Positions 1 to 13,158 of a DNA stretch of 39,420 bases are shown piece by piece; within the stretch, counting starts at the first letter, position 1, and every line of letters starts with the position of its first letter. This DNA is from Cyanophora paradoxa CCMP329. Lineage: Eukaryota; Plantae; Glaucophyta. The translations under genes were made by a program, and so were the position numbers. The stretch spans positions 1-39,420 of the forward strand of contig QPMI01000025.1 of assembly GCA_004431415.1 (NCBI GenBank), given 5' to 3'. The notes beneath the pieces are model-generated. The model did no database searches. It had not been told where the DNA came from and was given only the letters and a program-made list of their open reading frames with translations.

Positions 1-698
1 CCATCCAAAGCCACCAACAACTGGTGAATGTAATTAACTCTAAATTCGAAGGCAGAAAATCTCCCAACATCCATTCGCTGCAAATGGGATGAATCACTGA
101 AACGAATTATATTCCACTCAGCAGTACCATTTTACTTGGCTTTCTCAGTAGCTGTGAAACCCAGCAACAAACAATCCAAAAGCTGTTGAGTCAGCTAGAC
201 TGCTGGGTCTTGATCCTGGAAGATATGGTAACTCCCCAATCCAATCACAGGTCTATATGCTCTCACTGATGGAATCTTTACTGGTGGTCGCGTGAATGGC
301 ATTATATCTTCTTTTGAGCCTGAGAAGACCAGGGACAGTGTTTTGTTTGTGAGAGTAAAGGAGCTGGGTGATCTGGTGCAATGTGGGGATGGTCTTCTGA
401 CTGGTTACTTCACAAATAGTGGTCCCTGACATAAAGATTATGGTGAGCATGTTGTTTACAATTCAACAGAGGCTCACCACTTTACAAATACTATAATAAA
501 AAGGTTGGATTATCCACTTTCTCGGTTGATATTGTTAATGCTATTAATGAACCAATTGATTTTGAGGGTCAACCTGTTCATCTTACCTTTGAAATTCGCT
601 ATGGTGATGAGCCAGCTGGGGACCCAGTTTATGAATACTTTAAGATGCGAATGTCACAGCTTCACCCTTCCTATCCAGTTATTACAAACTTCGCATAA
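1..698 (+). pseudogene. Minor capsid (penton, single jelly-roll)-like gene, 5' end outside window, multiple frameshifts
   Basis: Manual frame-stitching gives IRCKWDESLKRIIFHS, SARLLGL, VLFVRVKELG, DYGEHVVYN and LSTFSVDIVNAINEPIDFEGQPVHLTFEIRY. The last matches the typical penton C-terminal pattern (i.i.l.d..g..idF.G..v.ltlei). Lies directly upstream of the MCP. Confidence 0.65.
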
Positions 699-751
699 AT
701 TAAGGATCATTGGTAGATTTTTTATGTTGCAGTATAATAAAAGAGAATATA

Positions 752-2097
752 ATGGATATCACTTCCACTCTTCAAAGACTTTCGCTGAAAGAAGCCCTAA
801 CAACCCCAGAAGAGGCGAAAGCCTTTTTCCTGGATAACTCCCTTATGCTTGGTCTCGAATCCAAATCTAAGCCAGTTCTAGTTGTTGTGAATCCAGCAAT
901 ACTTTTGAGAATAATGTTGGAAATCGCATTTCCTTCAAGCTACCTCGCTACAATTTCTGTGGAAAACTCGAACTTGCTTTCGACCTTCCAGCCATCACGT
1001 TTGCTGGTGATACTGACCTAGTTCGCAATGGATACACTCGCCCAGTTGGTGCTTTAGTTCAGCGACTTGAAATTACCTATGGATCTTACACCTACCATAT
1101 TCCATCTGATTTCCTTGCTCATTTCCCCCTGGTCTATTATTCGGAGGATCAACTAGCTAAAAAGAAGCGATCAATGGGCATGGTTCATGGCATCCTGCTC
1201 ATGGAACCAACCGCCTTGGTGGCTCATTTTTGTTGAAATCCCTGTGCCTTGGCTAAATCACTACCTTCCCCTTGGTGCTTTATCTGGTGAAATGGTTGTT
1301 ACTGTTTGGTTTAAGGATGCTGGAAAGGGTTATGTTGAAACTTCCTATGGTGGTCGCTCCTCCTGTTGTTGGTGGGACAGTTGCTGATAAGACAGAAGAT
1401 GATGGTCTTGGTGATACTGCTAATGCCACACTTGCCATGTTGGTCAAAATATCACACTTTCAGTCTTGGTGCAACAACTCCTGTTTTTTATTACTTCTCC
1501 TCGCCTTTACATGCATGCTATTAATGTTTCTGATGAGCTTTTCGCTACTGTATTGAAAAGTTAAGACACTGGCATGGCTATTCCCTCCCTTGATATTGGA
1601 TTTGTAGATGCTAGTGCTTTCCCTGCCAAGGGCAATGCCCAACCCAATCGAATTAACCTCTCTCAAATCTCAGGTCTTGTATATGCTCTGCTTGTTTCAG
1701 TTCGTGATATGAACTGTTGACAAATCCAATGGCTCCCACAGTGTTCTTAAGACCTATGCCAACTCCAAAGACATACATTACAACTGAAATAAATGGTCAG
1801 CGACTTTTTGCCACTGAGCCAATTTCCCTACTCAAAGGTGCTGAGCTAATTGCTGATGCCTTCAAATGCTCTAACATGGATAAGGTTGCTGATCGCTATG
1901 TCCTTTCAGGACTCCCATTCTGCCTTGATGGAGAAAAGGCAATTCGAAATATTGCCCAGTCTGGTTTTGTCGATTTAACAAATTCCTCCTCTTCATTCCT
2001 CACCCTCTACATGCCTTCAGATAAGGTAATCGATGTTAATGTTCGCGCTCTCATGCATTCGTTTATAATTTTGGACAAGGATGGATTACGCGATTAA
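752..2097 (+). pseudogene. Double jelly-roll major capsid protein (NCLDV/PLV-like), frameshifted
   Basis: Stitched frames give GNRISFKLPRYNFCGKLELAFDLPAI..YTRPVGALVQRLEITYG, IFVEIPVPWLNHYLPLGALSGEMVVTVWF, PRLYMHAINVSDE and EINGQRLF..PFCLDGE..SGFVDLTN..VNVRALMHSFIILDKDG. These are colinear with conserved blocks of NCLDV-type capsids. Total length is about 450 codons. Confidence 0.75.
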
Positions 2098-2169
2098 TTT
2101 ATAGATTGTTACGATATTTCAGTCTCCCTGCATTATTTTTATATGTCTTTATTAGAAAGATATACAACA

Positions 2170-2940
2170 ATGACTGATTTGGATGAATTTGTGGCTGGTG
2201 AAATGATAGAACCACCATTTCGTGTATGCAATAGGAAAATCAGCAACTGGTAAATCAGAAGCTGTAAAGTATTGGTTAAAGCAGTTGCATGATGCCAAAA
2301 AGATTGATGTTGTATTAGTTGTGAGTGGAACCAGCTTCAATCATTTCTGGGATAAAGTGCAACATGCAACTGGGAAAATGGGATGCCCCTTACATTGCTA
2401 AATTGCTAGATGAGAGGCAAGAGAAAATAGAAAAGGTGAACCTGTTAACCAATTGTGTGGTTTTAGATGATTTAATCGATAATGAGATAGTCGATCTCAC
2501 AAGGATAAAATATCGGATCTCTGTATTCCAGAGGTCGCCATTCGAAAATATCCATTATCTGCATCACACAAAAGCTAAGGAAAGTCTCTTCGACTATTCG
2601 AGTTAATTCGGACTATGCTATGTTTCTAAGTGCTGCAAATCGCAAAGAACTGAAGCCATAGAGGAAGAATACAATATAATGCGAAATAAAGAGGATTTTA
2701 CAAGATGTTTGAAGAGTATGTTCACTCCTATCAGTAATATTTTGGTCCTCTGCAAACTACTCAGTTAAATACTATGTAGATAAAGCTGAGCTTGTGAAAG
2801 ATTTCCCATTTCCTCGCTTCCACAGGAAGCCAAAAAAGAAAGAAGATGAACTGAAACCACCAGAGAAAGAGGAAGCCCCTAAAGAAGTGAAAAGCCAAGT
2901 CCATAGCAATAAATTGATGCGATATAAACGCGGTTTATAA
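2170..2940 (+). pseudogene. A32/FtsK-HerA-type genome packaging ATPase, frameshifted
   Basis: Walker A GKSATGKS (2234-2257) followed by VVLVVSGT, Walker B VVLDD, the A32 motif LYSRGRH and IRVNSDYAMF, spread over successive frames. An in-frame alternative ATG lies at 2143. Confidence 0.85.
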
Positions 2941-2968
2941 AATTATCTCTCATTCTAATAAAGATACA

Positions 2969-4310
2969 ATGCCTCCCAAACGAAAGATAGGGATCCCAGC
3001 TGGGGCTGTTGGCTATTCAGGTGGTGGAAACAATGGATCCATTAACACTGAACCACTGAAATTCAATGGTATGAATGAGTGAAGCCCTCCACAACAAGAA
3101 GACCCCTCAATGCTGCCTATGAGGAATCAGTCGATGACAAAGCCCCACAGGCTTCAACCAGTGACCAACTCAACATTTCACCTGAAGCCTCAAATGAAGG
3201 CTGTTGCTGAGGGGCCAGGCGAATTATTGGTGCTGCTGATGATAAAGGTTTAGGCTTGCAAGATCTTCACTGGCTCGCAAAGGTGAAGGTCTTAGTAAGG
3301 AATCAGACAAGGTAATTCAGTCTATGGCTGGTGAAGTCACATATAAGACTGCTCCCACTCAAAATATTCATCGAATTCCCAAGGCTCAATGGGATGAGAT
3401 GACTGCTAAACTCAAAGATCTGGAAGCCAAATCAAGTGCCTTGGAGCAGTATGTTACTGAGAAGAAAGAGAGAGCCAAGCTAAAGGAGATGCTTCGAAAG
3501 GAAGTTTATAAAATGGGCATTACTGGTGTCCCAGATAAACAGTTTATTGCTAAGAAAGAGAACCAAATCGATGAGCAGGCAGTAGATGAAATGAAAACAA
3601 AGACCCAAAAGGGAACCATTGAACCTGGTGCCACCAAAGCTGAAGTAGAAAAGGGAGTAGCTCCCACAGTATATAAAACGAGTTTGGCTTTAATTTCTCT
3701 GTTTTATTAGAGACATGGATATACGAAAGTTTTTGAGATGTTCAGTCTGCATGTGGTGAGCAATTGCCACAGTGGATGCTGTGACACAACAGTGAGTTTG
3801 AGATGTCAGATACTGAGGATAATGCCTCAGAAGCAAGAGAGAGAAGGAGATCAACAGTTTCTGTGGAGTCAATGCCAGCAGACCCCACAGAGTATACATA
3901 TGAGCAACAGGAGTATCCAAGGAGAAGTTCTCTGCCAGCAGAAAACGTTTTCTCTGGGAATATAAATGGAGGATACTATTAGTTTAATCGAGTTTACCAG
4001 TGATGAACCTGTTACTGAGGGTTCTATTAGACACATTCTAGCAATGCAGAAACGATATAGAGAGGACCCAGCATATAGAGAGTATAAAACAGCAAGCCCT
4101 GGCATCCTATTATCGCAGAAAAGCCCAAAAAGAGGAGCAGAGACCCAGAGGGAGACCGATTAAATATTATTTGCCTACTGAAAGTAGCAATGGACCCCCA
4201 GGTCTATAAGATAATTGAGAAAAAGCGGTCTCAGTATGCCACTGAGGCAGCTATAAAAGTTTACAGACAGGAACTGGTGTTCGCAACAAAAAATGACTTA
4301 AGGAAAAAGT
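2969..4310 (+). pseudogene. One or more disrupted ORFs of unknown function (charged, coiled-coil-like; possibly virion core proteins)
   Basis: ATG 2969 (MPPKRK..) follows a promoter-like motif. Fragments 3324-3710 and 3966-4163 read as Lys/Glu-rich protein. No recognisable domain. Confidence 0.4.
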
Positions 4311-4332
4311 AGATAGATTGTATTGAGGAAAA

Positions 4333-4348
4333 ATTATTTTCGTATCTA
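4333..4348 (+). promoter_or_regulatory. Candidate element promoter motif ATTATTTTCGTAYCTA
   Basis: 15/16 identical to 16835-16850 upstream of element-2 pPolB. Ends 13 nt before ATG 4362. Confidence 0.5.
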
Positions 4349-4361
4349 CTATTAAAGAGAA

Positions 4362-4689
4362 ATGCCGAATATCCGCAAGATACTCACAGATGATGAAAAA
4401 GCAGAGAAGCTGAGACTGAAAAGGGAGCAAGATGCCCAAAGAAAACGCGAAGCCTATCATAAAAAGAAGGAGGAACGATTATCCCAAGGAGCCGCTACAG
4501 TTCACACACCAGAAGAACTCAAAAAGATTGCCCTCAGACACCAGAGGAAATACAGGGAAAATGAAGAATAATTCGCGAACAGAAAAAGGCGAAAGCGCTG
4601 GAATACTACCACAAGAAAAAAGACGAACTACCCAAGACAACCAAAGAGCATAAACCGGTTGGAAGACCTCGAAATATATCGAAGAATAA
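4362..4689 (+). CDS. Small basic protein with C-terminal AT-hook-like GRPR motif (frameshift near 4568)
   Basis: ORF 4362-4571 continues in another frame as IREQKKAKALEYYHKKK..KPVGRPR (GRPR at 4661-4672). The YHKKK motif occurs twice. Confidence 0.55.
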
Positions 4690-4905
4690 ATTCTCGATCG
4701 AAACAAATTTTGTAGAAATCGATTTGATCGGAGGCAAAAAAATGACAGCTTTTCTTCCTCTTTTTTAAAACTGTACCTATATATCGAGACAGTATCCCGA
4801 CCCAAAACTACTTAAGGACTTGGCAAATAATAGGATATATATAAAAGACAATTCCTCCTTCCGAAATTATTTTCTTCGTTAAAGGTAGAAGTCCCCAAAT
4901 CGAAA

Positions 4906-7498
4906 ATGAACAAAATCGAGAAATTCGCCACCCCTGTTGAAATGCTACATTCCTTAGTACTCTCATTGGTGATCGCAACAAGGTCACCCATGTATTTGAA
5001 TTCTGCCGAAGATGCCCTTGAAGCCATTGATAATAGCAAGGTTAAGACCTGGGCTGAATGCATTCAACCTGAGCAAGTGACCAGAGTTTACCTGGACCTG
5101 GATAAATCGCTGATTTGAAGGAGAACATTGCTGATAACTATGCTGAGGCGGAAACTGTTGTAAGAGAGATGAGAGATAAGCTATGGAAGCGATCTGGTAC
5201 CACTTCTATTAACGATATTGCTGTTGCAGTTCGCCATAGAAGGGTTTATTTGATTAAGGAGGATGTCACCAAGTTCAAGATTTCAGCCCACTTTATTATT
5301 AAATCGCTTGCATGCAAACATGAAGATATCCCCAAGCTTTTCAAAGCGATGGGATTGGTGAAAAATGAGGATTATGACAGTGGAGTTTACAGCTCCACAC
5401 AGAACCTAATCTGCCTCAATTGCTGCAAAGGTGAGACTCTGGATGCTCAAAATAAGTCGAAAAAAGATGTTGATAAAAACGTTTGCTTTAAGAAATTCGT
5501 TGACTGTGACAAAGTGTTAATGCGAAATGAGGACTTCTTTGTATCTTACTTCTCAGCTACTACTAAACTTGTGGATGAATCAAATATTTCTGCATTTGCA
5601 AATTATACTCCTGAGCCAAAACCAGTTAAAAAGGAGCCAAAAAGTGATAAAGTGAAGACTGAGAAGGTAGAAGCTGAAAAAGACACTGAACCCGAAAATC
5701 CTGTTACTTTCGAACTGCTACAAAGTGTTATAATGGGTCTCAATGCTGAAAGAGCCAGCGAGTATAAGACTTGGATTGATGTTGGACTGGTCATCATCAA
5801 TGTTGGGGAAGACAACAAATTTACCCCTAAAATGCAGGCTGAACTCTTCCACCAATTCTCAGAACAGAGTGACAAGTATGATTATGATGAATGCCAGGAA
5901 AAGTTTACACAGCTTCGCAGAAGCAAGAAGAAGGCTGAGCCTGGCAAAGTGTTGACCTTCAAATCCTTGGTTTATTGGTTGAGCAAAGATAACAATGAGC
6001 TTTTCAAGGAACTCTTCCCCAAAAAGTATGCATTCCTACCAGAGGACACAGATGAAATCGATTACAAGACTGCAAGTATCCCTCCTTTGGCTGAACATTA
6101 CAATGTGCATAAGAGGTATTTCAATGCTCGCATGCATCATGTTGAAAATGTTGGTTGTGTGATGCTCTGGGATGAACAACTACTTTGCTGGATGCCCAAA
6201 GACATTGGAAAACTGTCTACAAAGCATTTCCCCCACTTGATGCATAAGGTGATTGTGAATGAGGGGACAGATAATGAGAAAGAGAAATGGGAGCAATCAT
6301 TTAGGAAATGGATTGTGGATCCAACAGCCACAAGATCAACTTACATGGATTTCCTCCCACCTCCTGCTACTCTCAGTGCAAAATGCAAGTCTGTATTTAA
6401 TCTCTATCCAGGAATGAAGGTCGACCATCAGCAATTCGAAAATGCTCCAGAGGATGTAACTGCTGAGATGATTAAGCCTTTCCTTGATCACTTGTTCTTA
6501 ATGTCTGGTGAGGATCAAAATACCTATGAATATCTGTTGAAATGGTTTGCCCACATGCTGCAAAAGCCTGGGGAACTCAATGGAGTATCCTTAATCTTCA
6601 TTGGTGAACAGGGAACTGGTAAGAATGTGTTGGTTGATACTTTCCAAAAGAAGATACTTGGAGATGCCCTGAGTTATGCAACTGGTAAGCCAAAAGAGGA
6701 TCTGTTTGGTCGATTTGCCCACAATAGAGAGGATAAGATCTTGATTGTTGTGAATGAAGCCTCAGGCAAGGACACATTCGAAAATAATGATATGCTTAAA
6801 GATCTCATTACTTCTGATAAGATTGTTATTGAACACAAAGGGATAGATTCATACACAAAAAGCAACTTTGCCAGGATTATATTCACCAGCAATAACAACA
6901 TTCCAGTTAAAATTGAAGCTGGAGATAGGCGATTTGTGGTTGTTGAAGTTAGTAAGAAATTCGCAAAGGATAGGTCATACTTCCTTCCACTTGTAAAATG
7001 GCTTAATGATCACTGCAATATTCGAAACATTGCCCACTATTTGAGAACCAAAGTTGAATGTGAGGATGTGAACTGGATTGCTGATAGACCCTTACAAATA
7101 AATACTATTTAGCCCAGCAGGTGTGCGCTCCAATCATCCTTATGTTCACTAAGTGGCTTGTGGATCGAGGCTTAATTTCCGAGAATAAATGCAAGTCTGG
7201 TAGCCTTGTGGAAACCTGGAAATGGTTCCAGGAGTTCATTACCAGCAATAAATATAAAAACGATTATAATAGTCGCAGATATTATACAGAAATGCGAAGT
7301 GTTACATATATCCAAGTGAAAACTACAAATGGTAAACAATACTATCATTTCCTATTCCCACAAGTATTTGAGGAATTCAGAAAGATGAAGCTTGTAGATG
7401 ATGAGACTATTGAGGAAGAAGCTAATCCAAGGATGAAACAGGACCTACCTGCTGCTGATCCTGATGCATCAGATTATGATTCTGATGTTGAAGTTTAG
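4906..7498 (+). pseudogene. AEP primase (PrimPol-like) - PriCT-2 - SF3 helicase; one frameshift near 5115 and an in-frame TAG at 7110-7112
   Basis: AEP motifs RVYLDLD, KISAHF and YDSGVY. PriCT-2 motif YKTWIDVG..FSEQSDKY. Walker A GEQGTGKN, Walker B IVVNEA, motif C IIFTSNN and GDRRF. ORF 7121-7498 is in frame after the stop. Confidence 0.85.
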
Positions 7499-7508
7499 GT
7501 TTACTCAA

Positions 7509-7689
7509 AAGTGGACTCACAGTTGACTCAAATTTATCATAAAAGACCCAAACAGTCTTTTATTTATGGTTTATTTATCGATTAGGTTGACTAAGTGGGG
7601 GAGTTGACTCATTTTTTCACAGATTCTAAAAGAGGACTCTGCCCTAAAAAGAAATAAAAAGTGCCTCAACTCCACCCACTAAGTCAACC
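7509..7689. repeat. Iteron/inverted-repeat module (GT[G/T]GACT), candidate replication origin
   Basis: AAGTGGACTCA..GTTGACTCA, then GGTTGACTAAGTGGGGGAGTTGA (7585-7607) and its near reverse complement TCAACTCCACCCACTAAGTCAACC (7666-7689) around an A-rich spacer. Lies immediately after the primase-helicase stop. Confidence 0.75.
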
Positions 7690-7740
7690 AAAAAATGATT
7701 TAAGAGATAGAAAAATATATTTATATGTAACTAGTAAGAA

Positions 7741-8145
7741 ATGGCTGGAACAGATCATGATTCTGGATCGATCTATATGATTGAGAGTCAGGAAATGAAC
7801 AAAGTCTACATAGGAAGAACCTCACAGCCACTTCAAAAAAGATGGAGACAACACAAATCAGGTCAAATGCCATCTACAGCAGACCTATGCAAGGCTTCTG
7901 ATGTGAAGTTCTCAGTCCTGTATTCAAGTAAGAAGGGTGGGCATGAAGACCTAATGAACAGAGAAGCATATTACATGTATCTCTTTGAACCTTGGATAGT
8001 CAATTTACAAAAACCGAAATCCCGATTTAGGATTAATAGGTTTTGCGATTCCATTCAGAGGAAGCCAGTGGATCCATTAAAACATTTTAAATTGCGTTTA
8101 GAACATCCTAAAATAAAATATCCCCTTAGAATAGGAACAAGTTAG
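7741..8145 (+). CDS. GIY-YIG endonuclease
   Basis: SIYMI...VYIGRT..LQKRWRQH..REAYY..VN matches the GIY-YIG pattern (Y, YIG, R, H, E, N). Confidence 0.85.
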   Translation: MAGTDHDSGSIYMIESQEMNKVYIGRTSQPLQKRWRQHKSGQMPSTADLCKASDVKFSVLYSSKKGGHEDLMNREAYYMYLFEPWIVNLQKPKSRFRINRFCDSIQRKPVDPLKHFKLRLEHPKIKYPLRIGTS

Positions 8146-8150
8146 GAATA

Positions 8151-11100
8151 ATGCCCCGAATTACCAACAAACTCATAAGGGAGAAGAAATGGGAACTCAT
8201 GGGATTGCTGGGAACACTTTATGCAGCCCATGAAATTACAGAGGCTGAATATGACCGGGAAATAGATTTAATTGCAAAGGGCAGACCCACTTTAAGCAGA
8301 TTAACCAGAAAAGCAAATAACCTATATGATAAAATTGAAACCTTGGATGAATTGGATAGGCTTAGGCAAATAGAACCAGATGCAGAAGATGGAACAGCCA
8401 TGAATGAATTATATCGCTGGCTCACTTACAGAGCCAGAAGGGAAGTTGTTGTAGATGTGATTGAATTCCTGGACAGAATTGCTACATCCCTTCCCAATCG
8501 ATTAAAGCAGGGTTTAGATCAATTCAGGGCAATCAAGGTTCGCTTGTCTTTTATCTGCAAGTTCGTTAAAGTGAGCAATCCACAGGTTTGGATATCGAAA
8601 TACATTTACAGTGATTACTTTGTATTAACCAGGTCGAGAAATATTCGAACTGAGCTGAATAAAGCAGCCCAAATGTGTCAGGAGCAGATGAATGTGGTTG
8701 ATAGCTATCGCTTAGAAAGAATTGAAATACTCAGAGTGGCTATTATGAGTTATGCTCCAACTGGTGGATGCTTTCTACAAACCCCAGAGTGGATTGCTAG
8801 GAAGAGAGCCACAGTGAATATTCGAAATATAGATGATTCCTGCTTCGAAAATGCGATTTTAGCCTCGATTTACAGAAAATCTATTAACTCTCATAAGAGG
8901 AATGAGCTTTCACAATATCGCAAATGGAAATACTCAGCAATCGCTTATAATCCGCTGGCTCTCAATTTCGACAATATCCCATTCCCTGTTGCCTGTGATG
9001 CTGAAATAATTGATAAATTCGAGGCTCAAAATGCAGGCATTAGCATTAATATATTCGGAATCGATGGAGAGGTTGTTTATCCCCTGCATCAATCCAGTTA
9101 CCCAGGCAGAAAGCATAAGGTTAATCTCATGCTGATATTTGATGATGAAGGGAATGGTCATTATATTACAATCATGTCCCTTTCAAGATTATTGAAAGTA
9201 AACCATGAAACATACAATGATCAGAAGTTACACTACTGTGACACATGCTTATCTCGATTCAGGTCTGAGGCTAAACTCACTGCTCATGTGGACTCAAATA
9301 GATGCATTGATTGGAGACTCTCAAAGGGAATCACACCTAAACCTGAGACCACCATAGAGTTTGGACTGAAAAACCTCAGGAAAACTGTTTGGCTTCCTGT
9401 TGTGGTTTACTGCAAGATTGAACATAGAAGCATCCCCATTGATGCATCAAAATCTAAGAGGGAAGTCTCAGCAGTCAACCTGAGAGTAGTCACTGGGCAG
9501 ATGTTCAGGAGTTTCGATTTGAGGGTCAGGATCCAATGGGAGGTCTCTTTGAATGCTTGGAGTCCAAAGCAAGAGAACTAATCGATTTCCTGTTTACCAA
9601 CATTCCTATGAATGAACTCACAGATGAGCAGAAAGCAATTTACAGAGCTACCAAACACTGTTACCTTTGCAGTGAGAGGTTCACTAAGGAGAACTTCAAA
9701 TGCAGGGATCATGATCACCACACAGGTCATTACATTGCACCTGCATGCAGAAACTGCAATCTCCATAGGAGAATCTCAAAGCAAACAAAAGTAGCAGTGG
9801 TTGTTGACCAAATGGATGACTGTGGGACATTCATTTTCAGAAAAATAGCAGGCATGGGTGATAAAAAGCGAATCGAAATCCTTTCGAAAAACTTTGATCA
9901 ATACCTTTCATTGCAATGGGTCTTTACAAGTTCATTGATGCAAGTAATTTTATGGAATTTGGGGCTGCTGATGTAGATGAGTTAATGGACAAATTCCAAG
10001 CCTTCAGAAGGCTTTCACACACAGTATATGGATTGGACCCAGTTCATTATGTATCTGCACCTGGGTTATCTTGGGATGCTATGCTTAGGACCACCAAGGC
10101 AAAAATAGAGCTTATAAGTGATGTAGAGCAATACGAATTTGTTGAGAGGGGAATCAGGGGTGGCTTTGCAACAATGCCTTGTAGGTATGCTGAGGCTGAT
10201 GGTGAAAACTCCCACATTATGCTGTTTGATGCTAACAACTTGTATGGCTACTGTTTGAGTCAGCCAATTCCAGTTGGTGATTTTAGATGGGAGACCGAAT
10301 TCAACCCACAAGATAACAGATCCAGTTTCCTAGAAGTTGATCTGGATTACCCAATTAGGCTGTTTCTAGATCACAGTGATTTCCCCCTAATTATTAACAA
10401 GAAAATAGTAGAATATGCGGAATTATCACAATATCAAAAGAGCCTATTAGATCTCTCAGGAGAAGAGCTTGATAAAACCCCAAAGCTAACTGCAACCTTT
10501 GGTTCTGTGGCAAACTATGTGATTTCTGAGCCTCTTCTGCAATATCTGTTGGACAAAGGGGTGAAATTAAAGAAAGTTCACAGGGTCCTATCATTTACTG
10601 TGGCTCCTGTAATGAAACCCTACATTGAGCTGAACACTGAGATGAGAAGGAAAGCAGTGAATAAATTCGAGGCTGATTTCTATAAACTCATGAATAACTC
10701 AATCTATGGGAAATGCATTGAATCTTGCAGAGGTAGATCTGTGGTTAAGATTGCAAACAGTGAGAAACTGTTTATGAAATATGCAGCCTCTCCATTGGTG
10801 AAATCAACCAGCCCCATAAACGAAAAAGCAGTTGCCTTTGAGTTTTACACAAAGCATGTGAAACTAGATAAGCCTGTTGCAATTGGGGCTTATGTTTTGG
10901 ATGCTGCCAAACTGTATAATTACCAATTCTTTTATGATACTGTAAGGACCCAGTGGACAAAAGCCAAGTTACTATTCCATGATACTGATTCCTTTTGTCT
11001 ATATATCGAATCTAAGACCCTCCAAGAGGACCTAGATAATATATCCTATAATCTGGACCTAGGGGGATCCAACAGAATGACCCCAGGTAAATACAAAAAT

Positions 11101-11394
11101 GAGATGCCAGGTTCTGCTATATTGGAATATGTGGGTCTGAGAGCCAAAGTTTACAGTTTCAGAACTGCTGAGATTGAGAGAAGTAAGCTCTCTGGGACTT
11201 CAACTGAGGAACTCCAATTTAATGATTTTAAGCAGTGTTTATTTGCAGGTATAAGCAAGACTGTGACTGCCAAGCAGAAGAGAAGGGCAGATCACACAAT
11301 AATAGATACTGTAAGTAGAAGGGTTGCCCTAAACTGCTTTGATGCAAAGAGATACATCTTACCAGATGGTATTAATTCTGTTCCTTTTAATTAA
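8151..11394 (+). pseudogene. Protein-primed family B DNA polymerase with N-terminal OTU-like Cys/His region, Zn finger and EndoVII-like insert; at least two frameshifts (near 9500 and 9915)
   Basis: Three ORFs (8151-9581, 9536-9976, 9916-11394) are colinear with the intact element-2 PolB. Motifs: NIRNIDDSCF, GHY, CDTC..H, CYLC..DHDH..ACRNCN, IRGG, DANNLYG, KLMNNSIYGK, HDTDS, RAKVYS. Confidence 0.9.
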
Positions 11395-11397
11395 GAG

Positions 11398-12782
11398 ATG
11401 CCAGCAACTGGAAGAATAGTTAGAAGAACCACTGAGCAACTGCAAGGTAACCTACTGCCCATCACAATTCCAAAGGAGGAAAAGGGGAATCTCGAATTGT
11501 AAAAAAGTCAGAGATGAAAGAGCTTGTCCCAGTAGAGATCCCAGTTGCTATTGCAGTGAAAGAAACCAGCAAGATTGCCAAGAGATTCTATGATGTGAGA
11601 ACTGGTTACAAAGGGCTTCAAGCTATGAGGGCTGAGTTACCTGATGAATCCTATAAGCAGTTGCAAGAGTTCTATAAAAAACAAGAGGTAGTTCAGATCA
11701 ATGCACCAGCTATATCTAGGAAGAGAGATCCCATGGTCCCAATCAGGCAACCCCTTGATACCTATGTGATTGATTTGCTCTTTTTCCCAGCTTATAAGAA
11801 ACAAAACAATGGCTATGATACCTTTATGACTGCTATGGAATCAACACTGAGAACTGGGTATATCATACCTATAAGAGATAAATCAGCTCTCACTACATTA
11901 GCTGCATTTAAGCAACTTGAAATGAGAGTGGCAAGACCCATAGTAAAAGTTCAATCAGATGCTGGGAGTGAATTCCAAAATCGAATATTCCAGGAGTATT
12001 TATCTAGTAAATACATAGAACACCAAGTGAGTGGAACTGCTGACCATAGAAGCCAAGGTCGAATTGAAGCCTTTAACAAGCAGATTAAGAGACTGATCAC
12101 AAACTACTGCATAGCTAATAACACAGCTAGATTCTTTGATGTGTTAGGTGATATTGAGTATAATTACAATAATACAGTTCACTCAGCTACTAAGATGAAG
12201 CCAGGTGAAACTACAGAGGAGCATTACAGGTATATAGTGGGATTAGAAGATGAGAGATTCAAGAAATCAATAGCTTATCTTGATACCATGCAGCCTGGCA
12301 TGTTTGTTAGAGTGAAAGTTGAGAAGAACCCCTTTGCTAAACAGGGTAACAATTGGTCTAGGATGGTTTACACAGTTGATAGTAGGGAAGGCTTTAAGTT
12401 TAAGCTAAGGAGTCCCACTGGTGAGATCATAGATAACAGGTTTGCATTCCATGAGCTGTTGCCTGTGAATGCAGTTGAGTATCTGGAAACACCTACAGTG
12501 GATGCCTTGGAGCAAGCTAAAGAGGAAGCCAGGGTTGATGCTGCTATAAGGAGAGAGGGCATTGAGGCTGCTAATGAAGTCCCAGATAAGCCTTTGATAG
12601 AAGCTAGAAAGGAGAAGACTGGCAAGGTTAATAGGGAACTCAAAAAGCTCACTATAGCAGGGACACAGAAACTTTCAGAAGTGAATAGCCAGAGATGGTA
12701 TAATGACTTTCAGACTACTAAGGAGTCATATACAGCCCCTAAACCTCAAAGAACACTAAGAGAAAGGACCAAAACTAGCTAG
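11398..12782 (+). CDS. RVE (retroviral-like DDE) integrase, Polinton type; true start probably ATG 11398 with a frameshift near 11490
   Basis: DDE triad in VIDLLF / QSDAGSEF / IEAFNKQIK, then YNNTVHSATKMKP and an SH3-like VRV..F.K..NWS segment. 11398-11513 aligns with the N-terminus of the element-2 integrase (RR.TE..LPI.IP.EE..RI.KKS). Confidence 0.9.
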
Positions 12783-13158
12783 TTTCATAGCCGAAAACTC
12801 GTTTTTTCCAAATATATGTATGTGTGATATACATATATGCATATGATATACACATCAACGTGTAGATCTTCTCAAGCGCTTCACAACGCTATGCAGAACG
12901 CTGCAAGTTGACTATCTGGTGATGAGATACAAGCGTTTGAAGATGCCGATTATCGATTTTTCGAGATTTCGGAATGATGCATCATAATGATGTAATAATG
13001 ATGTATCATAAACATATAACATATATATATCGCCGTGATCGTCATGATCTCCCGAGTTCGATGGTGTGTCATATATATCATATACATTTGCATCGTCATT
13101 ATGACATCATTTCGTAAAATTACACGTCCGTCATCGTCTTTTTCCGCAGCGAACAGAT

